From Lingula anatina (taxonomy: Eukaryota > Animalia > Brachiopoda): DNA of 64,000 nt. Location: positions 4,150,587 to 4,214,586 of the forward strand of contig CM120648.1 in assembly GCA_051362555.1 (NCBI GenBank), read 5' to 3'. Below, in pieces: positions 12,401 through 24,819 of this stretch. Numbering within the stretch: position 1 is the first letter of the stretch; every line of letters begins with the position of its first letter. The notes beneath the pieces were generated by a model. That model had not been told where the DNA came from and searched no databases. It saw nothing but the letters and a program-made list of their open reading frames with translations. The position numbers and the translations under genes are program-made.

Positions 12401-13905
12401 TTCCAGCATCTAATTATTCAATAATACATCTACCTTTGTGCAGATGTAAAACTGTAAAATTCCCTCGAAATGTGAAATATCGCAAACTGCCCTCGAAATA
12501 TTACTTGTTGCAATGTATAAACAAGGGCAACTCAAAGCTTTTATCGTCAATTTAAAGACGTTGTATTTTGAGAAGAGATAGCAATCGGTATGGGGCGTAA
12601 CTTCTTTCCTGAACCAGATTTTATCACGAAAATTGGCAGAGTTGACCAGGGCCATGTAACTCGAAAGCATCGCGTATTTCGAATAGCGATATCCACAGAG
12701 GCTACAATGTATTAGTAGAAGTGCGTGCCATAGCTAATCTGTACCTGCTTATTGAAGCAAACATCAGTGCAAGCGCACTATTACCTATAAGATGAGATGC
12801 GACTGAAAATAAAAACAGACAAGACAAGATTTCCAAAAATCAAAGAAAAATTAATAAGACTTTAAAAAAGAAAATAAAAAAGCATTGGTAGCCATAGTTA
12901 CCCCTCCCACCAAATAAACAAACACTTCACCTACAATCCACCCATCTCAGCCTGATTTCTTACTACATGTATTATATGGGGTGAGTATGGGACAGTTATG
13001 GAATCGAGACGCTTGAGCTCGGTCACAATGCGCGATGCTTTCGAGTTACGGGGCCCTGGAGTGAAAAGGCTACAATTCCCTGCCGTCATTTTGGTTTAAA
13101 TGGTTTTTTTTAAGTTATGAGTCACTAAATACATATTTTCATTAAACTAGGGCATTATTTTGCTTTATCAACTATAAAACCTGAACCAAAGCCTTTACGA
13201 AAAATCGCTGGCATTGTTTTGAGAACTGAATGGTGTCATTAAATTGGCGTTAAAACGGTGTTCGTGGGTGATCAGGCAAAGGAGAAATTCGAGAAACAGA
13301 TTTAATCGTCGATTCAATCGGCATATATAGTAATAGCCCAATCGATACACTTAGTTTCATCAGCTCATAACAGTAGTATGCTCCTTTTTTCTAACAAATA
13401 CAGTTTTTTTTACACGTGTTTTTCTCGCCACTCATCACGCAGGCACATGTATTCTTTCATGCATATTTTTCGTTATCAAATAATCTTCAACTCTATTTTG
13501 TCAATTTATACTTAATTCAACATTTGGGTTTAGAGGCTAAATAAAAGTATGGCTCTTTAATTTCCTTCTCGCTGGTTTGCCTGATAGATAGAAGTTGACA
13601 GTACATAGGTGAATAAAATGAAAATATACATAATCAAGAGCGGCTGCACGAACCTTCGTATCAAATATCAAATTTTACCGACATTTGATTTCCTTTATTG
13701 AGCAAGGGTTGACGAAGTCAATAACTCAGGTGTCCTTTTTTTCCTTTGCTTTCTTTTTTTTTTTTTTTTTTTTTGGGGGGGGGGGGGGGGGGGCTCGCGC
13801 TGTTTGCAAGTGACGCACACGGCACAACTATCCGCGTGATGGTCGCATTATTATGAAAGCGTACGCATCTCGCCCTTTGCTTTACATCAACGATGTTGTT
13901 TACTT
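9482..13905. repeat. Degenerate local tandem duplications between the two GPCRs
   Basis: Block ~9570-10040 recurs at ~10075-10545 and ~12460-13300. TTATTATCATCCAGATAC occurs at ~9482 and ~12369. Block ~10745-11325 recurs at ~13305-13905. Confidence 0.8.
12650..13055. mobile_element. MITE (~400 bp) inserted at a CCWGG site, PIF/Harbinger-like
   Basis: TIRs GGCCATGTAACTCGAAAGCATCGCG / CGCGATGCTTTCGAGTTACGGGGCC flanked by CAG and CTG. The paralogous empty site GTTGACCAGGAGTG is visible at ~10254. Confidence 0.75.
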
Positions 13906-14303
13906 TATCAACGTGATAGGTGATAGAAAAAATGCAAGTCACTGAACTGTACGTGAAATAGTGATCCTCTAGTGATCCTCTAGTGAGAGTGTACAGGCCC
14001 TTAACCAGTAGTTTCAAAAGGGGTTCTCTTTCTGCAAAAAAAAGTGTACCTTTTGCCACGAAACCTTCGTGTATCTAGGCCAAATTTCTACCAAGAGCGG
14101 CCCTTTTTCCCCCGGCAAGGAGGGCGTTCCCCCCCCCCCCCCACCCCCTCTCCCGTCCACGTTAAGGTGTAAAAGATAACACTATCCCATCTCACTTGTA
14201 TCACGTTAGCACTAAAAAAAACAACATTTCAGTGACTTAGTTCTAGAAAAAAACTGGTTGCAAATTGCACTGCGGTTGCAAAACGCGCGTTCTTTGAATG
14301 ACA

Positions 14304-14402
14304 AAATGTTATATGGTTGCAAAATGTGGTTCAAACTAGTTTGACCGCTCTTGCGGGTACCCGGTACTTGTTTGAACCACATTGTGCAACCACATAACAT
14401 TT
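14304..14402. repeat. Hairpin-forming inverted repeat with 37-bp arms
   Basis: AAATGTTATATGGTTGCAAAATGTGGTTCAAACTAGT pairs with 14366-14402 with 3 mismatches. Confidence 0.8.
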
Positions 14403-16044
14403 CTTCAGCGAAGGGAGACGGAGACAACGTAAAGAACCTGAGAACTCTGAGATAGCAAATGACCAAGCTTTCACCCGGTCTCAGTGTGGGGAACCATGCA
14501 TGAAACTAAAATAAATACGAGCAGGCTATAGCTACCAATTCGAAGTAACTGCCGACAAAAACGCGTTAACCTTCAATATAACGGTACCTACGGCGGTTCA
14601 GATTCTATTCATATTTCCTATGCTATAGGATACAACTGAACACATTAACATTTTATTATGCTCGCTTATGGATAATCGCCCCTAAACATATTGTTACGAA
14701 CCATAGCGGCGTGAACCTCCCCTTTCCCTTGACCACCTCCAAGACATTGCAAACATTTCAAAACATGGACTTCACATTATTGATACGTGTTTTGACCGAC
14801 CGATAAGTGTAAGCATGCATGGTCTGTTTAATCAGCACATTAAAAAGGTAGTAGAACACGGCCTGTGTATGTGCCGATGACAGCAGCTTCGTGTGATCAT
14901 CTGGGCACGAAAATACTGGGTCCACCTGCAAGTGCTAAGGTCTGCAATGTATACACTCATATAGACTGTTCATATAAACACGGCGGAGTTTGAGCTACTT
15001 TTGGACACCGTAAAACATTTTTCACTTTGTGTGGAAATTGTTTTATTAATGAACTAAAGCGCTGTAAGATGCATTTGAGGTGAGCTGAGATATCGAACCT
15101 TTACCACGTATCCCGACCAAAATGCCACAATATAGTTTCGAATAGCATAATGAAACAACTTTAAAAATTGCGAATTTTGCTTAATTCAGCTTCTAATATG
15201 CCTCCAAAAGACAAGGGAGAAAAGCTTAGAGAGCAGAAAAGAAGGGAGGAGGAAGGAGAATGAAAGGGAGAACAAGGAGGCAAAACTGACTTACGCCGTC
15301 AGTACGTCAAGTTTGAAGCAAAAGTGACGAAAAAGGGTACAATTCCAAAACGAGAAATTCAGAAATATGAACTTTGCAAAACTGAGAAACTTTTTATATT
15401 ATTTTAATGATGAGGTATACAGAGAGCTGAAGAAGAATTTTAACCCACACCATTACTGTATTTAAAGAAATATGCACGTGTAAACATGGTGCAATATTTT
15501 TTCGTTACGGAGGTTAGGTAACATCTAAATTAGGTTATATTTCGATCATGCCAAAGGTCACAGGTTCCATATTTGATTCATTTATTAAGATTTTGTATTC
15601 AAAATATTTTTCGAAGCCGTTTTCGAAGACAGCAGGGCGTAAACTGAACTCGTAGAACGGATAAAAAAAAGAAGTTAAAATGGCGTTTTGGCGAATAATA
15701 TAGACATCTAATGGTGATGATTATTTAAGATTAACAATTTTAGACACCATTTTTATAACTAAACAACTATGATAGCACTCTACCTCGGTTTGTATGCCCC
15801 TTTTAGTAGCTGGAACCCTTTTAAAGGATCTGCGGTCCTTTCCAATAACAGAAGCACGATGCCCATACAATGAGTTTCATGTGAGTATTTGGAATATTGG
15901 ATATGTGCTAAAATCTAGACAAAGACTAAGAGTAAAGTGAAGCTGCCGTGGTTGGTTGCATCCTGCCAGTATTATATCATGATGTATTCAACGCGCGCTC
16001 TACGCGATCGGTCATGTTTCTGTCACATCTTGCCCTGAGGTCGG

Positions 16045-16119
16045 TGACGTCAGCGGTGGGCGGGGTCTATTGATGGTTCAATTTGCTGTCGATGAAAAAG
16101 GCGGAGGAGACTTATAAAA
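16045..16119 (+). promoter_or_regulatory. Putative core promoter of GPCR 2: CRE, GC box, TATA
   Basis: TGACGTCA 16045-16052, GGGCGGGG 16058-16065 and TATAAAA 16113-16119, about 160 bp upstream of the ATG at 16281. Confidence 0.5.
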
Positions 16120-16280
16120 AATCACTTTTACGAAAGACGTTCTGAAATCCTGTTGCTTGAGGTTGGAAAGGAAGTGAATACAGTATTTCTATAGGTACAT
16201 GCTGTTATTTCTCTGAAAACAGTTTTGCTGAGATAATTTTTCTCTGTTTATGGTCAGAAGAGTTTTTTGTGCACAACATA

Positions 16281-17870
16281 ATGGCCGTGGAGTCCCGGGA
16301 AGAGTTTGCGTTGAACGTTTCGGAAAGGATGGTGACAATTCCAAATGACACAAAGGTAGAGCACTTGTCCTGCGAAAGCCTTTATTGCTCGTTTTTTATC
16401 GCTTTCGATGCTACTTTGATAGTTTTTGTAACGGGAGCCAACGGTTTTATTATTTTTGCCTTTGCGCGATATAAAGAACTTCAAGAAAAGACTTTTTTTG
16501 CCGTCGCCAGCCTTGCCGTGGTGGGTTTTTTGACGGGAAGTGTTAGCATTCCGTTCAGTATAGCTGCAGCTTACCTCTCTGACAACAAATACTTTTGTCT
16601 GTTTAAAATATACTTTAGCCAGATAGTTGTGACGATTTCTTATCTTCACCAGTCGTTTATTGCAGTCGAAAGATACCTGAAAATTTGTCGCCATGTGCAA
16701 TATGTGACAGTGATTACAGGAAAGAAAATTGTCGCAGCAATTGCTTTGTGCTGGATATACCCGATGTGCCTTTCTCTTCCACCACTTTTGGGTTGGGATA
16801 CGTGGACGCCAACCGTGGAATGCACGTCCCGTTATGTCCAGCAGGATTTCGTCACTAAAGTTCTCAATCCGCATTTTCCCGTTTTAATGATAATCGTTTT
16901 GGGGTTTTATGCTGCAATAATTCGGCACGTTAGACAACACAGTATGCCAGTTCATGTGAAAGAAACCAATACAAACAAACAGCAATGTCGTGATATCGAA
17001 CAAAAGAGGGATGACCGGATAAACATAAAATATGGAACAAACAAACCCTCGGAGGATGCACAGCCGTCAACATCGAAGGGATGTGTCGTTTCATACAAAC
17101 CAAACGCGTGTACAATTGAACTTTCAACAGTCACTGAAGCATCAGAGGAAGTGCCATTATCGGGGATCAAATTAAAGGACAAAGGTAAAGGACTTGGGAA
17201 GTGCTCGAAACCAGCTCCTAAAGCCGCTTGGCCTTTGACAAATCTCCAACCGCAACGTTCCCAAGAAACTTGTCAATCAGAACAAGACCGGCACAGGAAA
17301 CAAAGGTTAAACAAAGATAACATAAAATATGGAACAAACAAACCCTCGGACGATGCTCAGCCGTCAACATCGAAGGGATGTGTTGTTTCATACAAATCAA
17401 ACGCGTGTACAATTAAACTTTCTACAGCCATTGAAGCATCAGAGGAAGTGCCATTATCGGGGATCAAATTAAAGGACAAAGGTAAAGGGCGTGGGAAGTG
17501 CTCGAAACCAGCTCCTAAAGCCGCTTGGCCTTTGACAAATCTCCAACCGCAACGTTCCCAAGAAACTTGTCAATCAGAACAAGATCGACACAGGAAACAA
17601 AGGTTAAACAAAGTTGACGTAAGACTATCGAAGATGACTGCGATCACCCTAGGAGCATTCCTAGTCACTTACTTACCCAATGTGACCCTTAATCTTTGTA
17701 GAAACCTTTTCAACAACAATACTTATACTTTCAACATTCTTTTAAACATAAGTATCAAATTTGCAATGGCTGGTTCGGTAATAAATGCAATTGTATATGG
17801 GGTATTGCATTCGCGCTTCAGAGCGGCATTTCTTGCCATTCTTAAATGTAGACGTCATTTAGTTATATAG
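16281..17870 (+). CDS. Intronless class A GPCR, paralog of 6898-8382, with duplicated ICL3 segment
   Basis: First ATG at 16281 in good context (ATAATGG); seven TM segments; shares NKYFC and ERYLKICR with GPCR 1; TM7 reads INAIVY. Confidence 0.9.
   Translation: MAVESREEFALNVSERMVTIPNDTKVEHLSCESLYCSFFIAFDATLIVFVTGANGFIIFAFARYKELQEKTFFAVASLAVVGFLTGSVSIPFSIAAAYLSDNKYFCLFKIYFSQIVVTISYLHQSFIAVERYLKICRHVQYVTVITGKKIVAAIALCWIYPMCLSLPPLLGWDTWTPTVECTSRYVQQDFVTKVLNPHFPVLMIIVLGFYAAIIRHVRQHSMPVHVKETNTNKQQCRDIEQKRDDRINIKYGTNKPSEDAQPSTSKGCVVSYKPNACTIELSTVTEASEEVPLSGIKLKDKGKGLGKCSKPAPKAAWPLTNLQPQRSQETCQSEQDRHRKQRLNKDNIKYGTNKPSDDAQPSTSKGCVVSYKSNACTIKLSTAIEASEEVPLSGIKLKDKGKGRGKCSKPAPKAAWPLTNLQPQRSQETCQSEQDRHRKQRLNKVDVRLSKMTAITLGAFLVTYLPNVTLNLCRNLFNNNTYTFNILLNISIKFAMAGSVINAIVYGVLHSRFRAAFLAILKCRRHLVI
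17022..17613 (+). repeat. 297-bp (99-aa) in-frame tandem duplication in GPCR ICL3
   Basis: NIKYGTNKPS...HRKQRLNK occurs twice, with copies starting at 17022 and 17319 and few substitutions. Confidence 0.95.
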
Positions 17871-18799
17871 CATTTTAATGCTAATTAAAATTCATAAATG
17901 TATTCCAAACATCCAAGTGAAGCTGAACCGGGTTTTAACAATGTGAATAAAGTATAGTACCATCTTGAAATAATTTTGGTGTAAACTTTCTGAATTGACA
18001 AAAATTAATAAAAAGTGAATAGTCGTTGTAGGCCCCCAACCTTGGTCCCAAGTATGTAACCATCGAAGAAACTTACTGACCATCTGTTTTACTCATAATA
18101 TAAATGTACGTGGGTATTTAGTTGAGTAGTAAAGTTTGATAAATCCAAGTACAACACATTAAAATAAATGACCAATCCAATGCCACCCCGTTGCATTCAG
18201 AAACTAAAACTGCATTGTCAAGAAATTAAATACATAAAATGAAATCAAAGTCGATATATATATATCGCGAGAGTCTTGCCATATTTGGAAGTCGAGTCAA
18301 TAGAGTGAATGACGTTTCTGGAAAATCTCAGCTCATGCGCAGGTTTTGATCTTTGGTTTTTTCAAAATTGATAAAGAGTTATGGCGAGTGTCAGGAAAGG
18401 ATGATTAAAGGTTGGTAAATCGGGGGGGGGGGGGGGGGGGGGTGGAAAGAAAACGTTAACCCGAGATAATTCCTTTAATATGAATTTTGCCACGAAAACC
18501 CTCCTTTGTGTACCTTGAATCCATTTCCGATTTAATGTGGTATTCAGAATTATGTTATATGTAAACTGTCGCGCACGCGCGTGTGTTACGGATGGGTGCA
18601 TGTGTGCATCGACAAACTTGTAAGACACTCTCACTCCTCTTTGTACAACGCATGTGAATTGACTTTGTCACATACATGAATGTAACATAAAAAGCACTAA
18701 TTAATCAAAACTAACGTAATAAAAACATTGTTATTCTAAAACGCATGTAATGTCGGTGTAACGTGACAAAAAGTCCCCATCTGGCACCAAATGAAAGAT

Positions 18800-21700
18800 T
18801 GTGTGAAAAATGAAAATTTCATACAGAAATGCATTGCAACCAAACAGAAAGCAATCACACTGATTTTCCAACACAAGCTGCACTTCAGTCTTATTAATCT
18901 TTTCAGTAAGTTTGAGAATCACGAGTAACATGTTTTTTCTTAAATGGTCATTATAGCAGAACTTGAGAAATGTTCAAAATAGGGTTTTTCTTCAACTTCT
19001 ATGCAAAATAACATAATGCTGAACAGCATAATGACCATCAATTTCTACTAATAAAATAAAATAAAAGTATCATGGGTATTCAGAAAATGTGATAAGCAAA
19101 AGTCTTCAAGCCCACGGAGCATCAAAGTCCTGCCTTGAAAATGCCAATATGTGAAAAAAAAAATCACAAAAACATGTATAACTTCCAGAAAAATCAACCA
19201 ACCAGATTTGTTTACCAGCTAAAGCTGTTTTTAAGTCCCATGTTTCTCTCATGTAAGTTCGAGAAGAGTTTGTGACATGGTTTTCCTTAAATGGTCACTA
19301 TGGCGGCAGTGCCCAAAATAGGAGTTTCTTCAATTTTGATGCAATATTACATAATGCTTAACAGTATAATCACCACCAATCTTAATAATGTACAGCAAAA
19401 AAATGTGACTAGCAAAGGTCTTCAGGCCCATGAAATTTCTAAGTCACGCCTTGAATGCCAAATTGTACACAAGAGATAACTGTACTGAAATGTATTTCTT
19501 TCCGTTTTCAACTTTTTTTACATATAAAAAAAGGATCTATTTACTGTCATTTTTATATGTTTAACTATGAAAAGTGTTGAGATGGGGAAAATATCAATGA
19601 AACTATTCCAAAAGCCCACTTTACTCCATTCAGAGATTCTGAACATAGTGAATGATTGAGCGCATTCTCAACGAATTAAGCCAGGCTTTACAAAGCCGGT
19701 GACCTAAAAATGGCGGACGTACATGAAAGAAAAACCGCCTAATCTTTTAATAGTCTCTCCGCCTCCCCACACGTCGTCCCTGCGGGGTACAGTAATTAAA
19801 TCTCGGCTCCGTTCGCCATGCGGAAGCTACCTGAGAAATATTAAGTGCGCATGCTCATCAGTTAAACTCGTGGTGAAGAAAGCAATGCGGCTGAAGGCGA
19901 TCGAAGGAAAAAAGCTCTTCTGTTCTATTATGTTTGAAAACAGAGACGAAAAAGGAATAATTTGGCCCGTAGAGCAGCAATGAATCGACTATCTACGGAG
20001 ATAATATCACCAGAGATATTCACGGAAATATTAATGTTCGGAGCCGAGATTTAATTACTGTACCCCGCAGGGACGACGTGTGGGGAGGCGTGTGAGAGGC
20101 GGAGAGACTATTAAAAGATTAGGCGGTTTTTCTTTCATGTACGTCCGCCATTTTTAGGTCACCGGCTTTGTAAAGCCTGGCTTAATTCGTTGAGAATGCG
20201 CTCATTGAATCTGACAAACTGAATGATTTCCATTTTTGACACTTTTTACACAATACCCGATAAGGTTTACCATCATTTTTATATAATCATCTAACAATAT
20301 TGTTAAGATGAAGCAACAGTCTTCAAAAGAACACTTTTACATGCCTAATTAGTTCAGTTTTGAGACTGTTTACATGCCTAAGAATTGAATCTGAAAAAAA
20401 TCACTTACATCCAAAAAAAAAAAAGGTATAACTTCATCAAAACTAGTCCGATCAAGCTGATTACAAGGTTGATCACGTCAGTGATTTTCAAGACAACACA
20501 CGTATCAGTTTTCATCGAAATGTGTTATCAGTGTTGCATATGTGATAAAATTGTCTTTATCTTTTGCTGATGTTGCGCGAGGTAGCAAATGCAACTCAGG
20601 TATTATCTTTCTTATTATTTACTTAACTACTGTTACCCTCGCCGCTCTCTTCATTTCTGTTTCTACCTCATGCAATCTCTAGCGGCCTTCTCCCCCGTTA
20701 ACATTACGCACAGTTGTATAAATACCATAGGGGCATGTCAATCAACTAAATGTACTCTACCAAACACTCCCCGCTCTTATTCACTGCATGCTGTCACTTA
20801 CTAACATTACATTATCTCCCGGGGACGATATGCCTATCCCTAGGCATATTTAAAATTAAAATACACCTTCAATTTATGTTTCGTAAACAAACCAATTTTA
20901 TCATAAAGTCATGCAAAAATATGACTATGATTAACATACACATAATATAAGAAACACATTCGACATGAAACCAAAAATGTAACTAAAAGGAAGATTAATT
21001 AATAAATATTTACGAAAATACAATTGTTCGTGGATATATTTCATATTGGCATTTACACCTTTCAATGTGCGGCCCAAGAGCAATGACATTTTTCATTTGT
21101 TTTCTGATGCGGATATTTAAATCTGTTGCTCTCTTATTATGGCTCTGACACATTTTTATATGGTTTCTCTCTTTCGTTTGCCATATGGGATGTTCTTGGA
21201 ATGCACTACGTGAGACAATTGGGTTAGCTACTTCCTGCCGAAGAAACAGCATTCACCACACAACGTTGCGACCAGCGCATCGTTGATGACGAAGTACCTG
21301 TTCATCTTCATATAGATCCACACTGTAGCGCTTCTCTTTTGATGGCTATAAGAGAAATAATTGTTTTATATCAACTCCAATCCACGATTGAACTAAAACA
21401 TACCGAAAAATAAGTCCCAAAATGCAAGAATCTTCCTAAATACATATAATCAGTTTCATGTCATGATCTCTACAAAAGTTAAATACACTGTTCATATACC
21501 AATAACCGTATAGTTAAATGTCAATAACTAATAATCATAAGATCGATAAGCTGAATATAGATGTTACTCACAATAAGTCACGTATTTAACTTTCAGTACA
21601 TAACACTTAATATGTCAGTATGAAAACATGCAATAACATAGAACTCAAAATTAAATCATAAAATTTAAAGTTTATATCCACACAAATGAAAAGTTCCATT

Positions 21701-24075
21701 TGGTATAGTGTCCGTTGCATTCTCCATTTTGAATTATAGCACGAAAGTTCAGTTTCATATAATGTCAAATTAGTCCTTCCAGACTGAATAGCGATTGTCA
21801 TCTGCCATTCATTGTATATAGATAAATATCTATTGTTATTCGCGTACGCTGTCCCACGTATAGATAAATGTTCAAAGTTTCCTGTATATCCACGAATGAC
21901 CACGTCCAGCGATTACGAATGACGAAACGAATGACGCAGAAATGCATGTCAAGAAAAACATAACTTTACGTATATCATAACAATCATCATCATAATTCAA
22001 TACAGTTACGCATATCAGGTAAAGTTTAACATGCCATGGTACTATTCATGCAGAAGATTACAATAATACGTGTATATAGCCATGCTCATAATATGATAAT
22101 ATTCCAATAACAATACTTATATTGATAATAAAAAAATGATAATTCAATCTGGCGTCCCAGATGCTAGTATTTATCTGGCGTCCCAGATAATAGAATTTAC
22201 ATGACTCCATGCGCATCACATATTCGGTAATATCCATAACCACACTGATATCCGTCACATCTTAATCATTTTATCCTTCAAGATATCAAATAATATTCAC
22301 AAAAGACCATTCTCATTACATCATTGTACTCATTATATCATTTGTTTCACTCGATCTTTTGATTGTCAATATAACCGTATTATCAACTGACAAGATCATT
22401 TTAAGAAGATCGTTGAAATGCCAGTGAAAAGGACTTAAATTAAGGCAATTTATTGAGAAACAATTCTCAAAAAATATTCTTCGTAACACGAAAATACGTA
22501 ATTTCATTGAAGGGACTTCCAATTAGGTAGATTAATCATAATATTAGTTTTTGCTTGTCACCTTCAATTAAGGTGCCTGTGCACTGTCGACGATGTTTGA
22601 CATTGGAAGGGGGTAGTGGCCGAAATAAAACGGGTATTCTTAAGAATAAAATTATGATACATCATCTAAATTGATTTATACTGTAAGTGCAGGAGACCTA
22701 AACCGAAACAAAGTGCAATAAAAATTAGTATTGCCTGAAATTAAAGTCAATGTCATTAAGTGTCGTAACCTGTAAAAGAATTTTAACAACTCGTTATGAT
22801 GGATGTTAAAAATACAAGAGTAGACAAACAGCAAAATATTCATTCACTGGTTGGCTAACCCGGAAAAATAAACTCTTTTATCAATATAGTGTAGCAGATT
22901 TGCTCAAGTCAACAACAAAATATTTCCAAATGCACACATTTCCGTCCTGTCACGAATCTTCAACAGTGAAATGAGATATCTCAGTTGTTGGCATCTCTTC
23001 AAACATTCCGCAACCTGTAAAGTTCATAAGGTCAACAAATGCATAAATTGTAAACAAAAGTAATTTACTCAACGAATATGAATAACTTTTACTTTTATTT
23101 AAAGTAGCAGATGTTAGAAAATTTCAAGTCACACAAAGGATGTTCACCAAATAAATTTTACATGCCGTTTCATGTATAGGTGTTAAGTTTGATAAGTCTA
23201 CAACCAATTAACATTATTCCTTGTTCTCAATACTTACCCTTAATTACGTAAACTTTAAGCGAATTGCGATCAATCATGCTAGGAGGGAAAAGCATATGAC
23301 CGTGGAACTCCTATAGTATCATTTTAGAAAAGACTTAGCGTACATGTTTAAAAACAAATGTCAGTAAAATTGAAATTTGAGAGCATCTTTTTTATATTTC
23401 CATAGCAGTTTAATGACATCGCTAGTAGGATGGACACTTTATAAATATCTTAATTCTATCCAATTAGAAATTGACTTCGTCTCGTTTGCTACTCCCATCT
23501 TGCTGTCTTCCTTAAGGTGTATTAACATCAGTTGCGTCTGTCATTCAATTTTAAACAGGTGTGTTCTCTTTCATTGACATACCTCTTTTTTTTCCTTCAC
23601 TCTTCTGTTATTCGCTTTAATGTCGCCTCGTTTAGTTTTCAATTGGATCCCTAATATTCCAACTATAAGGGAATCCATTTCCAAAAAATAAGATACTGTG
23701 CTTCAACGTTTTATCTTACGCGACCTCGTTAGGCCTATTCTACTTCAAATAATGGGACAAAGTCGCTTGTCCTCCAGTCTCATTTTCTCGTTTTTCTTCA
23801 TTTTTCTATTTTTTCTAATCAATTAAAATTACTCTAACAAGCACCCCCCCCCCCCCCCGCTCTTATTCACTGCATGCTGTCACTTACTAAGATAACACGT
23901 ATATGCTGAGAAAAGAGCAAAAAAAGTATTACCTTTAAAAAAAATCATGCTGATTTTCGAACTTGACCTGCGTTTAATGAATATTCATCAGTTCTGTAAG
24001 TTTCAAGCCAAAAGGTAACACGGTTTTCCACTTATCGTGTTATCGGTGTTGCACATATGCTAAAAAAGTGAAAAA
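18800..24075 (-). mobile_element. Older, interrupted, inverted copy of the HINE-like repeat found at 49177-53308
   Basis: ~18950-19460 matches the reverse complement of the ~338-bp units at 50640-51500. ~19500-20400 matches ~50230-50600. ~23900-24075 matches the 161-bp unit. It is interrupted by a MITE and a ~3.3-kb insert; boundaries are approximate. Confidence 0.65.
19658..20203. mobile_element. Young MITE/foldback element, 546 bp, ~154-bp near-perfect TIRs, ATT target duplication
   Basis: 19658-19811 is the reverse complement of 20039-20203 apart from an 11-bp insertion. Termini are GAG...CTC with ATT on both sides. The empty site is visible in the homologous repeat near 50410-50455. Confidence 0.9.
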
Positions 24076-24819
24076 AAAACAGCATTTCTTTTGAGAAAAA
24101 TCTTACCAGCTGAATCGATCCAACTCTGCTGGGATTGTCGCTAAAGTGCAGTCTATGTAAAGAGCTTAATATAATAGCTTTGCGCGTGTTACACCTCACA
24201 GGTCTTGCGTTACTACCCACGTGTTAAAATTTTTCCCTAGGGCGGGCAGCAAGCAGACATTTTGTACAGAGGCAATGCAAAGATGAGTGAAAACAATTCT
24301 GCCACGTGTACATATTAATAGACAGAGTACCTATCTGGAATATATCCTATTATATCCCAATATACATGTACAGGAACCAGATGCCACTATGTCCCCGAGC
24401 AACCTGCTTTGCAATTAAAAAGTTTCCGAATTAAAACCTGACCTGGCAGGTCTAAAGATGGAAAGCTGACACTTCTCATTTATCAATTCAGAAGGAAAAC
24501 GGTGTCATTTCATTTATGATCTGCTAAGTAACCATTTGTCTAAAGAAAACAGATTAAGTGATCTTTAAAAAAAATATATATATATGGCCCATTTTTGCGA
24601 TGTTTCATATGATTTTTTTTCCTTCTACACATAGTTGAAACCTTTTCACGAATGCATTTCTTTCAGAGAATTAGCCATCACGAGTTCTTTTCTTTTTTTC
24701 TTTTTATAGTTTTTCATACCCAGTTTTTCAGACTCTTCCTAAAACCAGCAATAAAGGCTGTCATAAAATTAACATTAGGTACCACAGGGACATGCAAGCA
24801 CATAGAGGCACTACTGTGA

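Noticed and set aside
20440-20480. Helitron 3' end (hairpin plus CTAG) on the minus strand
   Set aside because: The sequence reads as a degenerate copy of the host 161-bp repeat unit (AATCAGCATGATCGG...), not an independent terminus.
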